In this document: positions 7,363-16,765 of the stretch, one piece after another
Layout of the letters: each line of letters begins with the position of its first letter
Position numbering within the stretch: the first letter of the stretch is position 1
Source of the DNA: Bacillota bacterium
GTDB taxonomy: Bacteria > Bacillota > UBA5301 > Bu52
DNA length: 64,000 bases
Direction of reading: 5' to 3'
Assembly: GCA_014896355.1 (NCBI GenBank)
Contig: JADBKO010000003.1
Span: 26,077 to 90,076 of the forward strand
Translations under genes and position numbers: made by a program
The notes under the pieces: generated by a model
The model's database searches: none
What the model saw: only the letters and a program-made list of their open reading frames with translations
Told to the model about the DNA's origin: nothing

Positions 7363-9006
7363 TCACCCATCCCGGCGCACCACATAGCGCACCAGCAATC
7401 TGCGGGCGCTTTCGGCATCCAACCGCGAAAGGACGCCGCACGCCGCCATGATGTAGGCCTCGTCCAGCAGCACCTCGGCATCGGCCGGCGGAAGCAGGGG
7501 TTCCTGCAGGCCGCCCGCTGTCGGACGAAAGCGGGAACGCTGCGTAGATTGCGCTGCCAGGACCGCCGGCAGGATCTCCCTGTGCCTGGGCAGGCGCGTA
7601 AGGGCCCCGCCGGTGCCGACCACCCAACGGACCGCTGTCAGGTCACGGCCTTCCACGATCTCCTGCCCTGTGCCGCCCCCGGTGCCCGAAAACAGCTGTC
7701 TTCGGAAACCGGCATGCCGTTCCAGCGCCACACGGCAGGCTTCCCACGTGAGCAACGCGCTGAGCCCCGCCTGTTCCGCCGTCTCCGGCACTGCCGCCAC
7801 GAAACGGGCCAGCTTGCCGCATCCGGCCGGGGCTGGGCCCGCAGAGCCGGGGCCAGGTGCAAATCCTGGCCGGGATCCCGGCGCGTTGCCCGGGATGGCA
7901 GATTGCGGGATCTCGCGCAACTCCGCCTCCAGGGTTCCGCCCAGGTCCCAATCCGGCCAGCGCCGCTCCTGGCGCAGACGCCGGCAGAAAAGCTCCAGCA
8001 GATGGCCGGCGTTGGCGAAAACCCCCAGATCCCCTTCTACCGTGCGCTTGGCCAGGGGCTCCGGATACATGGTCCGGCCCGCCAATTCCGGCGAGCCAGC
8101 GGTCACCGAATGTACATCCGTGGTGGCGCCTCCCACGTCCAAGACCACCAGATCCCCGATTTCCTGGTACAGGATCTCCGCCGCCAGCATCACCGCACCC
8201 GGGGTGGGCAGGATGGGCCCGTCGATCATCCGCCGTACTTTCTCCATGCCCGGGCCGCTGACAATATGCTCCTCGAAGAGCTCCTGAATGGCCCTGCGGG
8301 CCGGTTCCACCTGCAGCACGTCCACCCGGGGATAGACGTTGTCCGTCGTGCGCACCTGCAAGCCGGCGGAGGCGAGAATCTGTACGGCCTCAGCCCGGGC
8401 CGCCACATTGCCCGCATACAAAACCGGCACTGCCGCCAGACCCGCCTGCGGCAGGAATTCCGCCAGAGCCCGGGCGTTGAAAAGGATGGTCTCCCTCTCA
8501 CCGTAGTCTACGCCCCCCGCCAGAATGATCAGGCGGGGCTGGACCCGGGAAAGTTCCTGCAGATCCGCCGAGGACATCTTTCCGGCCGTGACCTGGCGCA
8601 CGATGCCACCGGCTCCCAAGGCTGCCTCCCGGGCTGCCCGCAAGGTCATCTCAGGTACGAGCCCATGCACCGTGAGGCGCAGCCCTCCGGCTGCGCTGCT
8701 GGTGGCCAGGAACCGCTCCCAGCGGACGGGCCGGCCCAGCCGCGCCTGCAGATCCTCCAAGGCCGCCTGCAGTCCCAGGGTCACGTCCCCCCGATCCACG
8801 CTGGTGAGGGCCATACCCTGGCCTAAACAGACAGGCTCCGGGGTGCCCAGCCCGGCAAAGGCGTTCAAAACCGTGGTGGTGCTGCCGATGTCGGCCACCA
8901 GCGCGTCCACTGCCAAGGGGCTGCGCCGCGGGGCCCCGGCCGCTGCGAGGCTGGGCCCACCCGCTGCCCCATTTTGCCCATCCTGCCGGAATTCCCCCTG
9001 GGTCAT
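7363..9006 (-). CDS. GlmL/MutL-like ASKHA-fold protein, putative aminomutase accessory/reactivating factor
   Basis: 547 aa, with AGGAGG 9 nt upstream of the ATG. Actin-like ATPase phosphate motifs are present (DIGSTTTV, ILAGGVDYG, VLDVGGATTDV). The position directly after oraE matches the GlmL-like gene I remember from B12 aminomutase/mutase operons. Confidence 0.65.
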   Translation of the reverse strand: MTQGEFRQDGQNGAAGGPSLAAAGAPRRSPLAVDALVADIGSTTTVLNAFAGLGTPEPVCLGQGMALTSVDRGDVTLGLQAALEDLQARLGRPVRWERFLATSSAAGGLRLTVHGLVPEMTLRAAREAALGAGGIVRQVTAGKMSSADLQELSRVQPRLIILAGGVDYGERETILFNARALAEFLPQAGLAAVPVLYAGNVAARAEAVQILASAGLQVRTTDNVYPRVDVLQVEPARRAIQELFEEHIVSGPGMEKVRRMIDGPILPTPGAVMLAAEILYQEIGDLVVLDVGGATTDVHSVTAGSPELAGRTMYPEPLAKRTVEGDLGVFANAGHLLELFCRRLRQERRWPDWDLGGTLEAELREIPQSAIPGNAPGSRPGFAPGPGSAGPAPAGCGKLARFVAAVPETAEQAGLSALLTWEACRVALERHAGFRRQLFSGTGGGTGQEIVEGRDLTAVRWVVGTGGALTRLPRHREILPAVLAAQSTQRSRFRPTAGGLQEPLLPPADAEVLLDEAYIMAACGVLSRLDAESARRLLVRYVVRRDG

Positions 9007-9027
9007 CCATTTCTGCCTCCTGCCTCG

Positions 9028-11310
9028 TCAGTTCGCCGGCGGCCGCTCCTGCCCTGTGCCTGGCCGGGGGCCCGTGTCCTTTCCCAGGCGGCGGGCCCTT
9101 TCCTGTACGAGGAAACTGGCGACCTGCAGGCCCTTGGTTCCCCGGCCGAATCCCGCGTCCATCCCGGCGGCTCTGGCCATTTCGTCCGTGACCTGGGTGC
9201 CGCCGGCCACCAGGATGAAGCGTTGGCGGACGCCTTTTTCTAGGCAAAGCTGGTGGAGCTTGCGCATGTTGAGGACGTGCACGTCGGCGTGGGTGATGAT
9301 GGTGCTGATGAGAATGGCGTCGCTGGCCGTCTCGATGGCTGCATCCACCATCTTCTCCACCGGAACGGAGGTGCCAAGATAGTGGCAGCGGATCCCGAAG
9401 CCCTCCAGGCCGCCGTGTTTGATGTCCAGAATTTCCCGCATGCCCACAGAATGCTCGTCCTCCCCCACTGTGCCAGCCACCACCGCCAGTGGCCGCTCCG
9501 CCACAGCCCGGCGGATCTCCTCCTCCGAAAGCAGCGCAGGCTCCGGAGGGATCACCAGTTGCTCCGGATCAATGGCAAAGGGCACGCGGCCTTTGATCTC
9601 CAGCATGGTCCCTTCCGCCGGATGAAGCACCCGCTTATGGATGACTTCCGGCTCCTGCAGACCCATCCTTTCGGCCAATGCCAGGCCCGCGAACTCCGCC
9701 ACCCGGGGCGCCGCGGGAAAGAACGCCGTGACCGTCACGATTCCGTCCCCTGCCCACTCCACTTCCGGCCGCAAGGCCTGCGTGCGGGCTTCCGCTTCCG
9801 CCAGGCGCTGCTCCACGTTGTCCTCCGGGTCCAATTCATCGATGTAGGCGATCTTCTCCGGACGGCACAGGGTGCAGCCGCCGATGGCATCGCAAGATTT
9901 GCCCGCGGCCAGGCCCGCCGGCGGATGGTTCTCACCAAAGTGGTGGCAGACCGGCGCCCAGTAGTCCGGGTCGCGCCGTACCACCGTTCCGGCTGCCACA
10001 CCGCCCTGGGGGTCGCGCACGATGCCGTCACCGTTGCGCTCCGGATAGCGGCCGGAATCCACAAAGAATCCCTTTTGGACGGCGGCGAAGTATCCCCCTT
10101 CCGCTAAAATCTCCTCCAGGAACAGGACCGCCCGTTCCTTCAGTTCCCGCACCTGGGCGCGCATGGCGTCTGTCATCCTGATTTCCACCAGGTCCCGGAT
10201 CCCATCCAAAGCCAGCAGAGCCTGTTTGGCCGTTTCCAGGGCTGCGATGCTGTTGTAATGCCAGGGAACATTGCGGCCTTCGTCCGGGGTGATGGTGCTT
10301 TGCAGATCCGCCGACGTCAACCTCGACACCAGCACGTTCAGCGTGTGGGTCACGGTGGCTTCGCGGGTGTCCGACTCGATGTAGCGGGTGTTCATCTGGG
10401 CCCGGAACCGGTAGCCCCGGAACAGCTGCCGCAGGGCCACCGCGTAGGGGAGATCCAGCCGCAAAGCCGGGGCTGGCGGCGCGGTGGGCGGAACGGTGGA
10501 GAGGGCGATCAGGCCGGGATCCATGCCTACGGCCCGGGAGAAGGCGCAGTTGATGGCGTGCTGCACCAAAAGCTCCGGCATGACCTTCCAGGCCTCCCTG
10601 GCCGTGGCATTGGCGTTGTGCGCACCGTCGATCTGCAACATGCCGGCGGCGGCCATGATGGTTTTGGCCTCGGCGGCGTCCACGAAGGAGCGGACCATGT
10701 TCACGTTCCGGTAAAGAACGTTGTATTGCGGATCCTGATGGGCGCCGTTCACGCCTTCTTCGTAGAACAGCACGGCGATCTCCGGCCCTGCCACACCGCT
10801 GACATAGGAATGGAGATTGATGGGGCGCCCCACCTCGTCCTCAATGAGGTCCAGGGCCTTGCGCGTGGCCCGCAGCTGTTTGCGGGTGATGGGGACCCCG
10901 CCGACGCCCTCGGGTGTGCCTTCCAACAGACCATCGATGTGGCTTTGACCTGTGGTGCGGATCACCATGATGTGGTCAGCGCCGTGCCAAGCTGCCATGC
11001 GCATGCGGCGCAGGTCGTCCTCGAAGCGACCGGAGGCGATCTCCGCCGTGACCACGCAGTCCGGCTGCGGGTCGATCCCTCCAAAATAACGCGCCGCCGG
11101 CAACGGGATGCTGCGCTGAAGCGGCGCAGAAGCCTGCTGATATTGAAAAGGACCCATCTGCCGGGGCCCGCGGCCCGGGCGCCAGGTCCAGCCGCGCCGC
11201 CGGGGGCGGTAGGATTCCAGCCCTTGCAGAATGCTGCGGATGTCCATCTTTTCGCTGGGGCACAAGGCCCGGGCTTGCGGCTGGGACGGCCTTTCAGCGG
11301 CCATGGCCAT
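9028..11310 (-). CDS. oraE: D-ornithine 4,5-aminomutase subunit E (PLP/B12-binding)
   Basis: About 760 aa. Long stretches match the remembered Clostridium sticklandii OraE (RRGWTWR, EIASGRFEDDLRRMRMAAWHGADHIMVIRTTGQSH, QIDGAHNANATAREAWKVMPEL, TPDEGRNVPWH). The C-terminal cobalamin domain carries DxHxxG (EDEHSVGMRE). The start is ATG 11310 or 11304, just after or overlapping the oraS stop. Confidence 0.9.
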   Translation of the reverse strand: MAMAAERPSQPQARALCPSEKMDIRSILQGLESYRPRRRGWTWRPGRGPRQMGPFQYQQASAPLQRSIPLPAARYFGGIDPQPDCVVTAEIASGRFEDDLRRMRMAAWHGADHIMVIRTTGQSHIDGLLEGTPEGVGGVPITRKQLRATRKALDLIEDEVGRPINLHSYVSGVAGPEIAVLFYEEGVNGAHQDPQYNVLYRNVNMVRSFVDAAEAKTIMAAAGMLQIDGAHNANATAREAWKVMPELLVQHAINCAFSRAVGMDPGLIALSTVPPTAPPAPALRLDLPYAVALRQLFRGYRFRAQMNTRYIESDTREATVTHTLNVLVSRLTSADLQSTITPDEGRNVPWHYNSIAALETAKQALLALDGIRDLVEIRMTDAMRAQVRELKERAVLFLEEILAEGGYFAAVQKGFFVDSGRYPERNGDGIVRDPQGGVAAGTVVRRDPDYWAPVCHHFGENHPPAGLAAGKSCDAIGGCTLCRPEKIAYIDELDPEDNVEQRLAEAEARTQALRPEVEWAGDGIVTVTAFFPAAPRVAEFAGLALAERMGLQEPEVIHKRVLHPAEGTMLEIKGRVPFAIDPEQLVIPPEPALLSEEEIRRAVAERPLAVVAGTVGEDEHSVGMREILDIKHGGLEGFGIRCHYLGTSVPVEKMVDAAIETASDAILISTIITHADVHVLNMRKLHQLCLEKGVRQRFILVAGGTQVTDEMARAAGMDAGFGRGTKGLQVASFLVQERARRLGKDTGPRPGTGQERPPAN

Positions 11311-11659
11311 CCCCCCCTGCAAACAGGCCCTCCCACAGGCGGCCGGCGGCCAACTGGCGCCCCGCCGTCAGGATGTCTAGCCCGTGTCGTTGCGCCGCCC
11401 GCCAGACGGCGTGCCCGGCGCCCTTGGCCAAGAGGCCGCGGTCCGAGCACTGCTTGACGATCTCCTGGGCCTCCAGACTGTTGAAGCCCATGCGCAGCAA
11501 GACGGAGCGTTCAATGGAAGGCGTGGTGTGGGTCCGGGCCAGGTCCACCAGGGGCTGGACGATCTGCTCCGCCAGCTGCCAGAAGCGCCGGTCCAACTCC
11601 TCGTCCGAAAGCTCCGCCAAGTGCCGGCGCCGATCTAAGAAGTCGTCCGCACGCTGCAT
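11294..11659 (-). CDS. oraS: D-ornithine 4,5-aminomutase subunit S
   Basis: A 121-aa acidic/basic small subunit immediately upstream of oraE. Size and position are as in characterised oraS-oraE pairs. Confidence 0.8.
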   Translation of the reverse strand: MQRADDFLDRRRHLAELSDEELDRRFWQLAEQIVQPLVDLARTHTTPSIERSVLLRMGFNSLEAQEIVKQCSDRGLLAKGAGHAVWRAAQRHGLDILTAGRQLAAGRLWEGLFAGGDGHGR

Positions 11660-11866
11660 GGTAAAATCTCCTTTCGCTCAAGAAGGGATTGCTTGGGACG
11701 TGAAGAATAATGCGAACAGATATATCACGAACATACGGTCTATCCATCACGGCGTATCTATGCTGAACGCAGCCTTGGCCAGCCCCGCTGAAGCTGCAAG
11801 AGCCCCATCGCCCGGGCAGCGTTGCAGCGGCTCGGGATTGGGCTCAGGCCAGCCGGAGGGACCTGA

Positions 11867-12055
11867 ATGCGCTACGGAAGCTTTCCCTTCAAGGAGTACT
11901 ACGTTCCCCGCGGCTCGCACGCAGAGCGAGAGCTGCGGCGCCTGCTGAAAGCCATGGGATTCCCGCCTCCGAAAGGCGCCACGCGCTCCCAGCTTTATGC
12001 CCTCTATTTCGCCCTGCGGGAACGGGGCGTAAAGGGGCAGGAGCGCGTCGGCTGA
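11867..12055 (+). CDS. small hypothetical protein (62 aa), the only plausible plus-strand gene in the window
   Basis: GGAGGG lies 7 nt upstream of the ATG. Hand-counted GC3 is about 77%, consistent with coding sequence in this genome. The product is MRYGSFPFKEYYVPRGSHAERELRRLLKAMGFPPPKGATRSQLYALYFALRERGVKGQERVG, with a helix-extended-helix (SAP/Rho_N-like) flavour. No family recognised. Confidence 0.4.
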   Translation: MRYGSFPFKEYYVPRGSHAERELRRLLKAMGFPPPKGATRSQLYALYFALRERGVKGQERVG

Positions 12056-12106
12056 TGAACCCCTACGGCGGGCGCCCTTCCAGCTCGCCCCTGGAGCCGG
12101 GCCGGC

Positions 12107-13597
12107 TCAGCCCGGGTCCAGCTGCCCCAGCAGTTGCTGCAGCCGGCCTGGGGAAGTATGGATCTCCTCGGCCAAGTACTCTAGCTCGGGGCGTTCCAGC
12201 TCCTCCGGGCGCCGGGAACCCAGCACGTGCCGCAGATAGGAACGGCGAATACGGTCCAGATCCTGCTCCACCACCTGCATCTGGGCTGGATCCTCCGGGA
12301 TGACGATGCACCGGCCGGGTACGTTATCGCGGGGGTCCCCGGTCCGGACCTCAATGCCGTTCTGACGTGCGAAGGTCAGTTGCGCTGTGGGGTGCTTGCC
12401 GGCCCCCGTATATTCGGTCTCGTTCACCACCACGATCTGGTCTCTGTCCATTTGCTGCGCCAGAACGAACGCTGCCGCCAAACTGGTGTTCCCTGCCGGA
12501 CCCCGCTCCAGACCCTCTAACTGGGCCAGAAGCTCCGTGGCGTAAAAGACCTCTCCCTGCGTCACGGTCACGTAACGGTCCAGATACCGTAAAGGCCGCG
12601 CGGCGTTGCGGGGAACATCGGCGCGGTCCGGGTTGACGGCGAACGGAACACCGAAGCCAGTGTGCCCCGTGGTGAAGGACTTGCGGTTGAAGTCCCGGTC
12701 ACTGGCCATGTGCAGGCCACTCAAGTCCACGCTGGCACCGATCACCTGGGTCTGGGTGCTTCCGGCTTTGCGCAGCCCCCGGGCGGTGCCCGTCACGTTG
12801 CCCCCGCCGGCATGAGTGACCACCACGGCATCCGGGAACCGCCCACAGCGGGAACGCGTCTGCACAGCTAGTTCATAACCCAGGGTCTCAATGCCGGCGA
12901 TGGCAAAGGGGGTGTAGAGTGAGGCGTTGAAAAAGCCGGTATCCTCCAGCACCAAAAGGAAGGTGTAAAATAGCTCCGGCCCCACCGTGAGCTGGAGCAC
13001 CTCGGCGCCATAGGCCTCACAGGCGCGGCCCTTCTCGATGATCTCGGGCTGCCCCACGGTACGGCTGTCGTACGTCTCCTGAACCACGATGCACTTCAGC
13101 CCCTGTCGGGCGGCCTGGGACGCCACGGCCGCACCGTAGTTGCCGCTGGTGGCGGCCACGACGCCGGCGTAGCCGTGGGTTCGGGCATGATAGACGGAGA
13201 GGGCCGCCCGCCGGGCCTTAAAGCTGCCCGACGGGTTGCAGGCTTCGTCCTTCAGGAAAATGCGGGCGCCCTTGCCGGCAGGAGCCAGTTTGCGGGCCAG
13301 GGCAGTCAGCTGCCGGAGCTCCAGAAGGGGGGTGTTTCCCACCTCGCATTCGCCCTGGATCTGCTGCACCTCCGGCAGGCTGTAGCCGGTGGCGGACATC
13401 ATCCTCTCATAGTCGAAGGCCAACCCCGGCCCCTCGAATTGGGCGTAATCCACCCCCGTGCTGCGCAGGATGATCTCTCTCTGCCTGGCCAGCACGGCCG
13501 CGTAGTCCCGAGCCCGGCCCGGGGAAGCCTGGGAAGCCTCCCAAGGCCGCGAATTTCCCCGGCCGGTGCCGGGTGTGCCCGAGCGTTCAGCAGGCAT
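12107..13597 (-). CDS. ortB: 2-amino-4-ketopentanoate thiolase beta subunit (PLP-dependent)
   Basis: ATG 13597 is preceded by GGGAGG and overlaps the ortA stop. The fold is type II PLP (NPSGSFKARRA lysine motif; SGNYGAAVASQAARQG; THAGGGNVTG). It lies between ortA and oraS as in the ornithine fermentation cluster. Confidence 0.8.
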   Translation of the reverse strand: MPAERSGTPGTGRGNSRPWEASQASPGRARDYAAVLARQREIILRSTGVDYAQFEGPGLAFDYERMMSATGYSLPEVQQIQGECEVGNTPLLELRQLTALARKLAPAGKGARIFLKDEACNPSGSFKARRAALSVYHARTHGYAGVVAATSGNYGAAVASQAARQGLKCIVVQETYDSRTVGQPEIIEKGRACEAYGAEVLQLTVGPELFYTFLLVLEDTGFFNASLYTPFAIAGIETLGYELAVQTRSRCGRFPDAVVVTHAGGGNVTGTARGLRKAGSTQTQVIGASVDLSGLHMASDRDFNRKSFTTGHTGFGVPFAVNPDRADVPRNAARPLRYLDRYVTVTQGEVFYATELLAQLEGLERGPAGNTSLAAAFVLAQQMDRDQIVVVNETEYTGAGKHPTAQLTFARQNGIEVRTGDPRDNVPGRCIVIPEDPAQMQVVEQDLDRIRRSYLRHVLGSRRPEELERPELEYLAEEIHTSPGRLQQLLGQLDPG

Positions 13598-13979
13598 GGT
13601 TTTCGCCTCCCGCCAACAGGCGCCGGACCCGGGGTCCAACCTGTAGCAGCTCCGCCACCGGAGCGCCGAAGTCATGACCGTAGCGGGGTTCCACAGCCAC
13701 CAGGACACCCTGCAAAATTCTGTCCGCCAGCGTCCGCACCGTGGCCGGCTCCCCCAGGCCCACCTGGTCCTCCTGCAAGAAGCCCTTGACCACCATCTCC
13801 AGGGGAACGGCCTGGGTCTCCGGCGGGACGTTCGGCGCGCGCTGCCCGGCGTCTAGGACCTTCACATAGATCTGCACCCATTGTCCCCGGCGCGCGATCC
13901 TTCCGCCTTCCGGGCGAAGCCAGCGCTGGTACTCCCGTCCCTTCCCCCCCTGGCCCGTTCCGCTCAAAGGTTCGACCAT
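13587..13979 (-). CDS. ortA: 2-amino-4-ketopentanoate thiolase alpha subunit
   Basis: Small protein. The segment GQWVQIYVKVLDAGQRAPNVPPETQAVPLEMVVKGFL...PRYGHDFG matches the remembered OrtA pattern (W-V-x-I-x-x-V-L...RAPQVP-x-DT-x-x-VPLEMW-x-KG). Confidence 0.75.
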   Translation of the reverse strand: MVEPLSGTGQGGKGREYQRWLRPEGGRIARRGQWVQIYVKVLDAGQRAPNVPPETQAVPLEMVVKGFLQEDQVGLGEPATVRTLADRILQGVLVAVEPRYGHDFGAPVAELLQVGPRVRRLLAGGENHAC

Positions 13980-14035
13980 GCTTTCCCCTCCTTGCCCTCC
14001 GGCCTCCTATGCACCCGAAGTCTGCCAAAATCAGT

Positions 14036-15061
14036 TCAAGCCGGACGCAGGGACCGCAGAATCTCCCCGGCGTCTCCCAGAACCGCCCGCGGTACGGGGA
14101 GGTCCGTCATGTGATGTAGGCCAGGCTTGGCTGCCATAAGCAAAGGAATCATGTTCACAGCCAGGGCTTCGGTGGCCAGGCCGCCGGCGATCTCCGGACG
14201 GATCTGCAGGCGGATCTCCGGAACTCCCTGAATATGAATGAAGTCCTGGGTTTCCACGTTTTCGGCCTCCGGGCGGATCTGCTGGGGGTGTACCAGCCGG
14301 ACGACTTCCCGCCCGTGCCGCCACCCTGTGGCGGTATGGCGGCAGCCGGCCACCTGGCCGGGTTCCACCACGATGTAGGGGGTCTGCCGCCGCACCCGGG
14401 TCACGATGGGCTCCCGCTCCTCCTGCACCCGCTCCAGCTCCCAGCCCAGAGCGGAGGCGATCAGATGCATGGACTGCCGGAACCCCACGTGGCCCACGAT
14501 GGCGCCGCTTTTCAAGCCGGCGGCAAACTCCTCCGGGGTGGTTCCCACCCCCTGGGTCCTCAGCACCGTAGGCCCGTAAGGGGACAGGTCATTGATGCGC
14601 TGCACCTCGATGTGCTCCACACGGTGGCAGACTCCGGTGAGGGCCACCACCAAAAGGTCCATGACAAAGCCGGGGTTTACGCCGGTTCCCAGGACTCCCA
14701 CCCCGTGGGCAGCCGCCGCCTCATGCAGGCGCTTGGCCGCCGCCGGGTCCGCCGCCGCCGGGGCGGACATCTCCTCGGCGATCGTGATCACATGGACCCC
14801 GTGGGAAACGATGCGGAGGATGATTGTCTCCACATCACGGACAAATGAAGTCGTGGAAAGCAGCACCACGTCCGGCCGGCGGGCAAACATCTCCTCCGGG
14901 TCGGTGGTGAGAAGAGGATCCCCCGGCACGGGTTGCGGCACCCGCCGCTTGTCCCGCACCACTACCGCCACCAGCTCCATGCCGGGCCGTTCCGCTACCA
15001 GGCGGGCCACGCCCTGCCCCATGGCCCCGTAACCCCAAAGAGCCACGCGAATGGGATTCAT
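14036..15061 (-). CDS. ord: 2,4-diaminopentanoate dehydrogenase
   Basis: ATG 15061 (MNPIRVALWGYGAMGQG, a Rossmann fold) is preceded by GGGGAG. The DapB-like family shows LGTGVNPGFVMD, GHVGFRQS and HPQQI blocks, as in the remembered C. sticklandii Ord. Confidence 0.85.
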   Translation of the reverse strand: MNPIRVALWGYGAMGQGVARLVAERPGMELVAVVVRDKRRVPQPVPGDPLLTTDPEEMFARRPDVVLLSTTSFVRDVETIILRIVSHGVHVITIAEEMSAPAAADPAAAKRLHEAAAAHGVGVLGTGVNPGFVMDLLVVALTGVCHRVEHIEVQRINDLSPYGPTVLRTQGVGTTPEEFAAGLKSGAIVGHVGFRQSMHLIASALGWELERVQEEREPIVTRVRRQTPYIVVEPGQVAGCRHTATGWRHGREVVRLVHPQQIRPEAENVETQDFIHIQGVPEIRLQIRPEIAGGLATEALAVNMIPLLMAAKPGLHHMTDLPVPRAVLGDAGEILRSLRPA

Positions 15062-15141
15062 CCGGACTCCCCGCTTTCTATGTCTTCCCATGACACACAA
15101 CTAAAAGTTAAGTTCAACACTCTGTTGAGATCTCCTTCATA

Positions 15142-16758
15142 TTAGGAAGAAATAACAGCCTGGCATGTCGGGCACCACTGCTGCCGGCAACGAGGGCAGA
15201 TCTGTACCGCGGCGGCGTCCACAGGGCCCAGGTGCGGCCGCAGCGGCCAGCTTCGGCGCCGGATGGAGGTCTGGGTGCGGGGGAGCGTGCCGGCCGAGCC
15301 GGCCGAGCCTGCGGGGGAGGGGTCAGGCACAGGAGCGGGCGGGAACGCCGCCGGGCAGGTGCTGCGGCAGCGCTCACAAAAGCTCTCCCCGCAGACGTGG
15401 CATATCCGTCTCTCCGGCGGCGCCAAGGAAGGGGTTCCGCAGTGCGCACAAAGAAACACGCACTCTGGGCAGGCCGGGGTTCCTTCGTCGGTGACGAACA
15501 CCTCGCGCAAGGGCCGCCCGCAGCTGTGGCAATTCAAGGCCGCCACCTGGTGGCGCAGGAGATCGTAATAGCAGGTCACCGCGCTGGACCGGGAGCCGTT
15601 GGCCAGCCGCAGGTTGTATTCCACCCTGGGCCAGAAGACCCTGGCCGCTTGCACCAGCCGGGCTTCCACCTGGAAGGCGAAACTGCGCCTCAGCTCCGCC
15701 ACATATCGGGCCAGCTCCGCCTGCTGCTGCCGGTAGCTGGCTGCGTAAGCCTTCTCGGCCTTCTCCTGCTCCCGCCGGGCCCGGGTCAGCTCAGCCGCCA
15801 GCCGCTCGCGGACGTGGGGTTGGCGGGCCAATTCCATCCTCACTGCCAAGGACGCCACCCGGCGCACCACCCGACGGAGCTCCTCCAGGCTTTCCTGGCG
15901 GCGGCATTCGTAATACTCAGCCAGCTTTCGCTCCTCGTCAGACAAGCGGGTCCGGGCAGCAGCAAAGGTCTCCTCCGTGACGCCGGCCAGCTGACTCTCC
16001 AGCAGGCGGGTCGCTTCCCGATACATTTGGTAAACTGGATAGTTGGCGGCCTTCAACGCCTTTTCCTGGCTGGCGGGGCTCCCTCTGGACGACCGGCAGA
16101 CCTTCCTGCGGGTCTTACCCCTACGCGGACGCCGTCCCGGGGAGGCGACCGCGATCTCGGGGACGCCTGCCGCCCGCCTGATCCAGGCCCATTCCTCGTC
16201 CGTCGCCAGGTGGCAAACCTCCATCCAGGGGTCACAAAGGATGCTGTAGGTCTGCTGAAGGATCTGGTCCGTCTTCCAGGTCACCTGGAACGTGAGGAGC
16301 AGGAGCGGGTGCTGCACCAAGCGGAGGCTCTCCACCTCCAGGATACCCCGTCTCACCGTGATGCCGGGAACCTGTTGTTGCCAGGACGGTGGCAGTTGAT
16401 CCCAGTCCACCAAGTGAAACAGGGTGAGATCAGCCCGGGCCCCCATGTGCCGGGCCGCATCCAACAGGCATTCCCAGACGTATGTCCCTGGAGTCAGAAG
16501 ATCCGGAAGCTGTTCCTCTCCACTGACCGCCCCGGGAGCCGGCGCGAGCGCCACAGGCCGGGGCTCCCCGAAACGACCCTGCGGATCCCATTGGGGCGGC
16601 AAGGCCAGAAGGGCCACCCCCGGCCCATTCTCTTTCCAGACAAAGCCAGGGATCTGCCCCTTCGCCAGATGTACGAAGTCCTGGACAAAGCGCTTCAACC
16701 GCTGGGCCAGGGCCTCGTCGTCCGGCCTGGCAGCCCGGTTCTGGTCCGGCGGTCCCAC
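15142..16758 (-). CDS. YqhG-like protein with a long coiled-coil and a C-terminal multi-CxxC zinc-ribbon extension
   Basis: 538 aa, with GTG 16758 lying 7 nt after the SNF2 stop. The N-terminal about 410 aa resemble my memory of Bacillus YqhG (the partner of SNF2 helicase YqhH). A basic patch (RRPRRGKTRRK) and an Arg/Glu-rich coiled-coil follow. The last about 120 aa carry 7 CxxC pairs (CHSC, CPEC, CAHC, CHVC, CERC, CPRC, CPTC). Confidence 0.6.
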   Translation of the reverse strand: MGPPDQNRAARPDDEALAQRLKRFVQDFVHLAKGQIPGFVWKENGPGVALLALPPQWDPQGRFGEPRPVALAPAPGAVSGEEQLPDLLTPGTYVWECLLDAARHMGARADLTLFHLVDWDQLPPSWQQQVPGITVRRGILEVESLRLVQHPLLLLTFQVTWKTDQILQQTYSILCDPWMEVCHLATDEEWAWIRRAAGVPEIAVASPGRRPRRGKTRRKVCRSSRGSPASQEKALKAANYPVYQMYREATRLLESQLAGVTEETFAAARTRLSDEERKLAEYYECRRQESLEELRRVVRRVASLAVRMELARQPHVRERLAAELTRARREQEKAEKAYAASYRQQQAELARYVAELRRSFAFQVEARLVQAARVFWPRVEYNLRLANGSRSSAVTCYYDLLRHQVAALNCHSCGRPLREVFVTDEGTPACPECVFLCAHCGTPSLAPPERRICHVCGESFCERCRSTCPAAFPPAPVPDPSPAGSAGSAGTLPRTQTSIRRRSWPLRPHLGPVDAAAVQICPRCRQQWCPTCQAVISS

Positions 16759-16765
16759 GGAGATA

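Noticed and set aside
11660-11866. Cobalamin riboswitch upstream of the B12-dependent oraS-oraE genes.
   Set aside because: No B12-box-like element (rAGYCMGgAgaCCkGCc) was seen. The region is AT-rich and short, more like a promoter region.
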